Below are positions 51,201 to 60,567 of a DNA stretch of 64,000 bases, piece by piece. The position numbers and the translations under genes are program-made. The DNA is taken from positions 62,001 through 126,000 of the forward strand of contig QPGO01000049.1 in assembly GCA_008632985.1 (NCBI GenBank), read 5' to 3'. The notes beneath the pieces are model-generated. The model was not told the origin of the DNA. It did no database searches and worked only from the letters and a program-made list of their open reading frames with translations. Source of the stretch: Psammoneis japonica. Taxonomy: Eukaryota. The number at the start of each line of letters is the position of its first letter. Within the stretch, counting starts at the first letter, position 1.

Positions 51201-52675
51201 TGTCCAAGTCAGGAGCTAAAAAGGCATCTCAATTGGGACATCCCCCCTGTTGCCATGATGTGATGCATCAAGTGACACAGTGTGGGGTGGTCATGCACCA
51301 TGATGAGTGGTGTGCACAGGTGTGGTGGGCCTCTGAAGGACATGCGGGGGACAAGTTGAGATGCATGTCAGTGAGAGGCTGAGTGTGTGGGTGGAGGGTC
51401 TGATGGTGGGGCTGTTGCAGGAGCAGTGGTGACAGCTGGTGTTGGTGCAGCACCAGAGGAGTTTTTGGTCAAGGCTGTGGCAGTTGCTGGTGTGTGTGGA
51501 TGCATCCACATGAGGGGCATTTGGGAGCACCTTGGCAGTGCTGGCAGTTGTGGGAGGTGTGGGATCCTTGTGGAGCTTGAGCCACTTGATGTTGAACAAG
51601 ATGTTGGCATCTTTTGCCATGCACAGCTAAACCTTCCTTGTCAAACAAAGAGACCAGGAAGTCACCTGCATCACCATGCATGAAATCTCTTGCACAGGTC
51701 CCAAGCAAACATGTGGGTGTGCATTGTGTCCACTCCAAGGTTCCTGAAGGGTTCACATCTGAGGATGTTGCACACTTTCAACAATGGGAGTTGGCAGAAG
51801 CCCACGAAGAGTTGGATGTTGGTGATGCAATGTTCGCGCAAGAACTGGGTGGTGTCAGCAGACAAGCATGGTTTGCGGGCTGGTGCCGTGAGAAATTCTT
51901 ACAGTGTGTCACTGGTTCTTGGCGCTGCACACACAAAAAGGCGGGTCATCAACATTGTCCTGGTTTGTGGTGGTTGTTTTGGCCTTCAAGTCATTCTTGG
52001 GGCACTTGCTTGAAGGGGGTTGGTGATGCAACATCTGCAAGCATGTGTCAGGGATGTGTCAGTGTTGCACAGCGTGTTTTGCAGTGTTTTCATCACTGGT
52101 CCCATGCTCTTGTGCCTGAGTGTTTTGCAGCATTGTGTTCACTGGTCACATTCTTGTGTTTCTTCAAGCCTCTGCAACCTCTGTCAGTGGTGCTTCTCAT
52201 GTCTGGCATGAACGTTGAGAGCCTGTCACAGGGGCACCAAGCTTTGGTGCTTGCAAAACACACTGTCAATTCAGCGTCCTCTGCCAAATCCACAAGAGGC
52301 AACATGGGCTCTCTCTGATTTTGTTCAATCCCTTGGGCAATTGCCAGTCACCTTGAAGACCTTCATGTGAGCACAGACCTCCTTGGGCTGCTCAACTTCC
52401 TCAGTTGTGCACCGGCAGGAGTGCTTCTGCCCCAGGCTCTTGACTCCTCGAATGTTCGTGCGGGGCTCTCGACTCGAATCTTCGTGCTAGATGCAATCTG
52501 GTCGCCAACAGAATCTCTTTCTCTCTGGCAGCTGAACAAAGCAATTGGCTGTGATGAAGTGGTGGCAGCCAGGAAAGCAAATGAGATCCAGTGGTGTTGC
52601 ATCATCGGGTGTGATGAAATGAACACACTGATCACAAAGGACACCCTGACGCAGCCACTGGGCACAATTTGCCAA

Positions 52676-52951
52676 TGACAGGATTTGAGCAGGATTTGGG
52701 TGCGCGCAAAATGTCGCGCGCTGTTTAGTTTGCCGCACACAGTTTTGTGTGCTTTAGTTCCGCGCGTTCGCGCGCGATGCAGTTTGCTTTCGAGCCACAA
52801 GGCTCACAAGAATAATGACAGTGGCCCGGTTGTGCCGACTCACACGTCTTTCGGCTCCTGTGACGGTCTCTGAGCGGAGATTCATCTGCCATTTAGACAG
52901 CAGTGAGGAGTCATTGTTTGAATTCTTGCCATTTGCCTTCATTTTCTGTCA
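52676..52951 (+). repeat. 5' LTR
   Basis: Gapless match to 59508-59783 with 22 mismatches by manual alignment. Confidence 0.95.
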
Positions 52952-53890
52952 GATTGACAGTCTTGCTCATTGTCAACCCATTGAGCAACCGCCATCATCG
53001 TCGTTGATTTACCAACGACGCCATTTCAATTCTGCGTGGACCTCCGCACATGATCTACATACATCGGCAAGTCTGCGCGCATTCAATGCCAGGGCATCGG
53101 CAGGAAGTTAACGTCACCGTCAAGTCTCCTTGCCACTGGATGTCTGGATTGATTGCACTGCCTTTGATCGCTGAAGACATGCATTCAACGGTCATGTCCA
53201 AGTCTGTCCTTGATCCTCATCCCTTGACACACCCACTCATCAGTTGACGGTCAAGAACCCCACACATTCAAGGATCTTCGTCGCTGAAGACACACACACA
53301 TGTGCGCATCTTCACGGCCAAGAACCTGCACCCACTCTTCGGACTGCGGTTTTGCTGCCACTCTGCAAGCACACCGAGTCCATTGTGCCTGATCCACCCT
53401 GGACTGCTGGTGCTCTGCAGTTCCACCAGGTCCACGAGGATGACTGTGAGAGCAAGCAGCCGTGATTGCAGCCTGCGTTGGGGCGAGGGTGCTTTCCCGC
53501 GTTTGTTCGTTCGTCCACAGCGCCCAACGCCTACGTCAACTGGCCAGCCTGATCGGGAAATCCAACCGACATAAAATGAGAACGGTTCGGGGGTCTTGTC
53601 CACCTCCAGTCAGCTCACCTGCAGGGGTTTGCAACCCGCTGCTCCGCTCGCAAGCAACCCAAAGCGCCGCTGGCTGCGGGTTCGGACGTGCCGGCACAAC
53701 TCTGCGGACCGGACAGGAAGTTTAGCACTTGGCAACGAACGGGGTGGCAAAGCCCGGCGACTTCTGATTTTAAGATAGATCAAGATTTCAAGTCAAGTCC
53801 ATTTCAAGTCAAGTCTGTTCTCACCCAAGCTTCAAGCCTGCCTTCGCTTCCCAACAAGAGTTGCTTGTCCTGACACCACTTTTGTCCACC

Positions 53891-56800
53891 ATGGTTCTCA
53901 CTCGTCAGCAACAAACCGATGGTTTCGAGCACGTTGTTGGAACCATGCTTGCCCAGGGTGCTGGGAGCCCTCTCCGTTTGGCTTTGGCACAAGACGGCAC
54001 GGACTCGCATCAGGAACTGTTCACGTTCATGCTGCCCCAAATCGACTCGCTTGAGTGCGACAACGGCACTGATGTGATCCCTTTGCCCCGTGGTTACAAG
54101 AACATGTTGGCAGCTCCAGTCAGTCTGTGCATTGTCAAAGCACACAAAGGTCTTGACGTTGCCAATGACTCCTCGTTGTTCACGCATGACGAGTTCCTTG
54201 CCTGCCGCCTCAGCCCCGACTGCATGTCTTCTGTGTCCATCGGCAGCTCACCCCTCGCACCTCCGCATGTCACCAACCCGACCAAGGCACGCGACCCGGT
54301 GCGGGACTTCAAGCGAGGCATCAAGCATGATCCCACCGCTTTCACGGCTCTCAAATCCGACAAGCAGTGGCACACTTGGCACACCTCACTTGTGGCACAA
54401 GCCCATGCCCAAGACGTCGAGTGCATTCTAGACTCGTCGTACAAACCGACCAGCCCCGAAGACAAACTGCTCTTTGCTGAACAGCAAAAGCACATGTTCG
54501 CTGTCTTCGAACGCATCCTTCTCACCGACAAGGGCAAGGCTCTCATCCGCGAAAATGTGGGGTCTTCTGATGCACAGACCGTCTGCCGCGCCTTGTCTGA
54601 GTGCGCGCTCGCCTCCACCCGTGCATCTGTCGAGTCCTCCACCCTGCTGACGCACCTCACCACCGCACGTCTTGGTGATGGTGCTTGGAAAGGTCCGACC
54701 CACGGGTTCATCCTTCATTGGCAAGATCAGTTGCACAAGTGCGAGGCACTCATCCCGGCCAGTGACCACTTCTCTGAAGGACAGAAGCGCGTCATGCTCG
54801 AGAATGCCGTGCACCCTGTCGAGGAACTCCGTGCTGTCAAGAACCAAGCTGATCAGCATCGTACGCAGAGTGGCAAGAGCCTCACATGCGATCAACACTG
54901 TGGCTTGCTCCTCTCCGCGGCAGCCCAATGCGACAGTGCGTTTCAACCCAAGACGACACCTCGAGCTCCCCGCCGCGCCATGTGTGCACACGACGTCTGC
55001 TCCGAGGAACCGTCCGACGATGTGTTCTACGACATTGACAGTGACATTGACGTCCTTCAGGCCAATGCTGCCTGCACCCGTGGTCCCAGCCTCACCGGTG
55101 ACCAATGGAAACGTCTCCCTCCCGACCACCAACGGATTTGGGATTCGTTGCCCCATTCCTCCAAGGCGATCATCCTTGAGCATTCTCGTCCGCCTCCCCG
55201 CAACCCGCGAAACAGCAACTGCCATGAGTCCGTTACGGCCAACCTTCACGACCAACGCCTTGGGAGTGACGGTGATGTCAACTTGTCCAACACGACTCCT
55301 GCTGACTCTGGTGACTCCGCTCCAAATGTGGGTGCCACTTCGGATGATCCCATCCTGGCGCGCCTCACCAAGCGCAAGCCACTGCCACCCGGTGATCTGC
55401 ACCGTCTGTTGTCTCCTAACCAAGCCCCCAATGCCAGTCGACCGGGGCCATCCGCCGCTCCCTCTACCCCGCCAGCTTCTGCCGATGACATGGAACTCAA
55501 CGGCCGCACTTGCCGCCGCGTTGACAACCACAATGTCATTTGCTCTGCCTCTGCTCATCGCTCCACACGCACTGGCGCTCTAGTTGATCTTGGGGCCAAC
55601 GGCGGCATTGCTGGCGACAACGTTCGCGTCATTGCACGCACCTCTCGCCAAGTCGACGTTCAGGGCATTGACGATCATCAATTGGTGGACATCCCTGTTG
55701 TCACCGCTGGTGCCGTCATTGAGACCCAGCGTGGTCCCGTCATCGCCATCCTCCATCAGTGCGCGTGCACGGGAAAGGGCAAGACCATCCATTCCTGCGG
55801 CCAGCTCGAATGGTGCAAACAGGATGTCAACGATCGCTCTGTCAAGGTGCCCAACGGCTTGCAACGTGTTGCCACTCCTGATGGCTGTGTCATCCCCATT
55901 GACATCAAGGCCGGCCTGCCTTGTGTTGCCATGCGACCTTACACTGACGCCGAATGGGACACCCTGCCCCATGTCATCCTCACCGGTGATGACACATGGG
56001 ATCCTTCCATCCTCGATCACTCTGTCACTGATGACGACCAGTGGTGCGACGCGATCTCTGACCCACAGGACGATCCCACTGCCAACCTGTTTGACGAATG
56101 CGGCAACTGCCGTCATCGTGTCGTTGTCAACGAGACCATCATGTCCGCTTCCTTGTCTGCCGATCACGCGTCCGCCCTCGATGATCACCTCATTCCGAAC
56201 GACGACGTGTTCTGCGAGTGTCATCTGCACGCGATTGACCCCAAGGACGACGACGTCCCGCCCCCGGAGCGCACTGCACAGCCCAAGGACCCGCCCTTCG
56301 AGTCTCTTCGGCCTTGCTTTGGCTTCCTACCCACCGACACGGTCCGTCGTACTTTTGACTGCACCACGCAGTGCGCCCGCATGCCCACCGGTACACACCT
56401 TAGGAAGGCCTACAAATCACCCAACCCCGCCCTTGATGTGCACCGCCGCAACGAGCCTGTCGCCACTGACGCCGTTCATGCCGACACCCCGGCCGTCGAC
56501 TCTGGTTGCACCAGTGCCCAACTGTTTGTTGGCACCGAGTCTGCCGTCACTGACGTCTACGGCACCAAGACGGACAAAGAGTTTGTCAACACACTCGAGG
56601 ATCAGATCCGTGAGCGTGGTGCCCCATCCAAACTCATTGGCGACCGTGCTCAAGTTGAGATCAGCAACAAAGTGCTCGGGATCCTGCGGGCCCTCTTCAT
56701 CTCCAGCTGGCAAAGTGAGCCTCACCAGCAACACCAAAACTTTGCCGAGCGTCGACACCAGACCGTGAAGCGCATGGCGAACACTGTCATGGATCGTTTT

Positions 56801-59560
56801 GGTTCGCCCGCCCACACATGGCTGCTGGCGCTCATGCATGTGTGCTTCATGCTCAACCACACAGCATCCCCACGTCTCCACTGGCGCACGCCCCTTGAGA
56901 CTCTCACTGGCTCCACCCCGGACATCAGCCCATTGCTTCACTTTCACTGGTGGGAACCCGTGTGCTTCCACCTCGATGACTCCGATTGGCCGTCCGAATC
57001 CCGTGAGTTGCGTGGACGCTTCGTTGGCATTGCTGAGCATGTCAGCCACCAGATGACCTTCAAGATTCTCTCTGACGAGACTCAGAAGATCCTCTGCCGG
57101 TCCAACATCCGCTCCGCTGCCACCGATCCTGCCGTTCGAAACCTGCGTCTTGATCCTCCTGATGGGGAGCCACCTGAACCCATCATCAAATCTCGCCATG
57201 ACGACAACCCCATCGATTCTCCTGATGGGGAGATCAGGACACCCAAGATGCCAGTTTTCGATCCGCAAGACATCATTGGACGCACCTTCCTCATGCAGCC
57301 ACAAGAGGACGGACAACGCCACAGAGCTCGCATCGTCAAGGCCGTCGAAGACCACGAATGGAAAGTGAACGGCAATCCCGAGCTCACTGAGTTCGTCTGC
57401 TCTGTCAACAACGACGAACACGAGGAAGTCCTTGCCTGCAATGACATCATGAATCACATTGAGCAAGAAGACGAAGACACTGCTGTTTGGAAATTTTGAT
57501 GCATCGTGTCACATGAAGGACCTCTGAAGCCTCACGACCCAACCTGGAAAGGCTCAAGCTACAACATCATGCTTGAATGGGAAAGTGGGGAGATCACGTC
57601 CGAGCCTCTTGCCATCATCGCCAAGGACGACCCCGTCACCTGCGCCATCTGTGCACGAGAGAACGGACTCCTCGACACGGATGGCTGGAAGCGGTTCCGC
57701 ACCATCGCGAGGCGCCAAAAGAAGCTGTTTCGCATGGCCAACCAAGCCAAGCTTCACTCCTTCTGCACTGCACCTTGCTGCAAGTGCGGATGCGAAGTTC
57801 CCCGGAACTGCAAACACGCCATGTCACTGGACGAACGCAACGGCAACCGCAAATGGGGAGACGCAACTAATCTCGAGATGGACCAACTCGACGAATGCGA
57901 AGTCTTCCATGACTGCGGGCCCTTCGAGTCTTCCACTCCTCCTGCGGGACACAAGAAGATCCGAGTGCACCCAGTGCACGACGTGAAACACGACGGTCGC
58001 CACAAGGCACGACTCGCAGCCGACGGGCACCTCACGGACGTGCCTGTCGACAGTGTCTGCTCCGGAGCAGTCTCCCTCCGTGGCCTTCGGCTGATGATTT
58101 TCCTGGCCGAACTCAACGAGTTGGAGACATGGGCCACCGACATTGGCAATGCCCACCTTGAAGCCACCACCAAGGAGAAGCTTTACATTGCAGCCGGACC
58201 CGAATTTGGCAAACTCGAAGGACACATCCTTGTCATCCACAAGGCCCTGCATGGACTGCGCAGCTCCGGTCTCCGCTGGCACGAGCACTTCGCCGACTGC
58301 CTGCGAGCTGAAGGCTTCTTCCCCTGCCGCACCGAACCCAACATTTGGATGCGCAGGAACGGCGACCACCATGAACACATTGCCATTTATGTGGATGACC
58401 TCGCCATTGCCATGAAGGACCCTCAATCTTTCGTCGATGCTCTCACGGAAAAGCACAAGTTCAAGCTCAAGGGTGCGGGACCCATTGAGTTCCATCTGGG
58501 TTGCGACTTTTCCCGGGATCCCGACGGAACCTTGTGCCTGTCTCCGCGCAAGCACATCGAGCGCATGGTTGACAGCTGCGCCCGACTGTTTGGGGAGAAA
58601 CCTGCCACCAACGCCCTGTCACCTCTGGAGAAGGGTGACCACCCCGAACTGGACACTTCCGAACTGCTGGGACCCGATGGCATTCACAAGTTCCAGTCTC
58701 TTGTTGGTTCACTCCAATGGGCAGTGTCCCTTGGTCGAATTGACATTGCCACGGCCGTCATGTCACTCTCTAGCTTCCGAGCTGCGCCCCGTCAAGGCCA
58801 CTTGGATCGTGCCAAACGCGTCTGTGGGTGCCTCTCCAAGATGCGACACGGTGCTCTCCGCGTTCGCAAGGAAGAGCCCGACTGTTCGGATCTCCCTGCC
58901 CCGGCCTGTGAATGGATGCATTCCGTGTGCGGCGAAGCAGAAGAGATGATCCCGAAGGACGCTCCACCACCCCTTGGCAAGTTCGTCACTGCCACCCACT
59001 ACGTCGATGCAAACTTGTGCCATTGCATGCTCACCGGACGCTCTGTCATGGGAATGCTCCACTTCCTCAACAAATTCCCGGCTGATTGGTTCTCTAAGAA
59101 GCAAGCCACCACAGAGACTGCGACCTGCGGGTCTGAATTTGTTGCTGCAAGGACTTGTGTCAAGCAGATTGTTGACCTGCGCATCACCCTGCACTGCCTT
59201 GGCATCCCGATCCGTAATGTCAGTTGCATGTTCGGTGACAACAAGTCGGTTGTAGACAGTGCCACCATCCCGCACTCCAAGTTACACAAGCGACACACTG
59301 CACTGTCGTTCTGCCGTGTGCGTGAGGCAATTGCCTCTGGTTGCCTTGAGTTCCACTTCATCGAAGGCTCCCGCAACCCTGCTGACATCCTCAGCAAGCA
59401 TTGGGGTCACTCCCAAATCTGGGACCTTCTCCGCCCCCTCATGTTCTGGAGCTTCATTTCATCCAAAGTCGAATCTGTTTCTGTGACTCCTCAAGCAAAC
59501 TGGGGAGTGACAGGATTTGAACAGGATTTGGGTGCGTGCGAAATGTCGCGCGCTGTTTAG
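53891..59560 (+). pseudogene. Copia gag-pol polyprotein pseudogene (in-frame TGA at 57497, many Tyr->His/Cys substitutions)
   Basis: Gag DFKRGIK; protease VDLGANGG; integrase SEPHQQHQNFAE; RT KHDGRHKARL and YVDD; RNase H GSEF, FGDN, NPADILSK. Both ORFs are in the same frame across the stop. Confidence 0.9.
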
Positions 59561-59783
59561 TTTGCCGCGCACAGTTTTGTGTGCTTCAGCTCCGCGCGTT
59601 CGTGCGCGATGCAGCTTGCTTTCGAGCCACAAGGCTCACAAGAACAATGACAGCAGCCCGATTGTGCTGACTTGCACGTCTTTCGGCTCCTGCAACGGTC
59701 TCTGAGCGGAGACTCATCTGCTGTTTAGACAGCAGTGAGGAGTTGTTGTTTGAATTCTTGCCATTTGCCTTCATTTTCTGTCA
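59508..59783 (+). repeat. 3' LTR
   Basis: Preceded by PPT GGGGAG and followed by TSD GCCAA. Confidence 0.95.
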
Positions 59784-60567
59784 GCCAAACACAAACATTG
59801 CACCTGCACGAGATGTGGTCTCACACACATGAGCCAGGTGAAGTGCATCCTCCTTTCACTCCACCTTGCTCTCAACAATGTTTGTTCACTCGTTTCAACA
59901 CTTTCATTGGTGGGTGTCATTTGCAAATCTCCCCCCCCCCCCCAACACAGACTTCCTGTGGCGGCCACAGATTTTTTTTTTTAGCCAGGATCATCTTCAA
60001 CTGCCAAGACAAACTTCACAGTTCATCAGACATGTCTGCAGATTCGACTTGTTGAAGCACTCAGAGATTCCTCCAACATGAGACGCATCGATCAAAGCAG
60101 GGCCCCGCCATCCAAGTGGAACACATTGCACGCAACTACCTCTAGAGCAAGGCGGGGACCGAATCCCGAATCCCGAATCCCAAGGATTTCTATCCTTTTT
60201 AGGAACTAGGCTATTCAAACAATACCATACAAAAACACAAAGCTTAACTATTTCTATCGACACCTATTTTCGTATTCTAAAATTCTGACACATGGAGGAA
60301 GCGCTGTCGTGTCGGCGGCGGTGTCTTTCCCGTAGAAATCGTACGAGTCGCCACGTAGAAACGCGTCAGTCGCAATCCGTTTCTCGCAACTCTGCAGAAA
60401 TATTTTTTTTGTATGTATCGTTGTTGTTGAGGTTGTTTTTATGACACCTCTTGTTGTTCTGTTTTGAGTTTCATGGTCTTGGAATAAAAGAAATTGAATT
60501 GTCGGTGTGGTTTGTTTGAATAAGCAAGCCGTTCTCAACGGCTTGTTGAATTGATTGATTTTTGAAT

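Larger units (their letters stand above)
52676..59783 (+). mobile_element. Full-length Ty1/copia LTR retrotransposon (diatom CoDi type), 7108 bp, hypermutated
   Basis: 276-bp LTRs TGACA...TGTCA; 5-bp TSD GCCAA at 52671-75 and 59784-88; PPT GGGGAG at 59502-07; gag-PR-IN-RT-RH domain order. Confidence 0.95.
47882..60078 (-). mobile_element. Older, decayed copia-like (CoDi) LTR element, probably internally deleted; its 5' LTR is interrupted by the younger element
   Basis: LTR-like copies at 47882-48279 and 52552-52675 plus 59789-60078. PPT-like GGGGAG on the minus strand at 48280-85. Protease motif ISDGGAD...GW...NLIGFD (~49850) and RNase H tail FHVPAGNNMSDILMKPL (~49100). No matching TSD found. 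Confidence 0.65.

Noticed and set aside
36910..52600. Dozens of overlapping Cys/His-rich ORFs as real genes (also 1-2160 and 6045-10440)
   Set aside because: Explained by loss of TAA/TAG and TG/CA enrichment; no coherent domains apart from TE remnants.
52952..52970. Primer-binding site GATTGACAGTCTTGCTCA
   Set aside because: The position fits a PBS, but it is not a canonical TGG 3'-tRNA match and may be mutated. The tRNA cannot be assigned without a search.
54428..57466. Long antisense and alternate-frame ORFs in the copia element
   Set aside because: Shadow ORFs expected from GC-rich, TA-depleted coding sequence.
53891..59560. Alternative genetic code or programmed readthrough at TGA 57497
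   Set aside because: Neighbouring genes use Tyr and stop codons normally. The TGA fits CGA->TGA inside pol, not at a gag-pol junction.
47877..60083. TSD for the older LTR element
   Set aside because: The flanks TTTCT and TGAGA do not match, so pairing of the two old LTRs remains unproven.
36910..60120. Classical fungal RIP or CpG decay alone as the explanation
   Set aside because: C->T changes cannot remove TpA or convert Tyr to His/Cys. RIP would enrich TpA.
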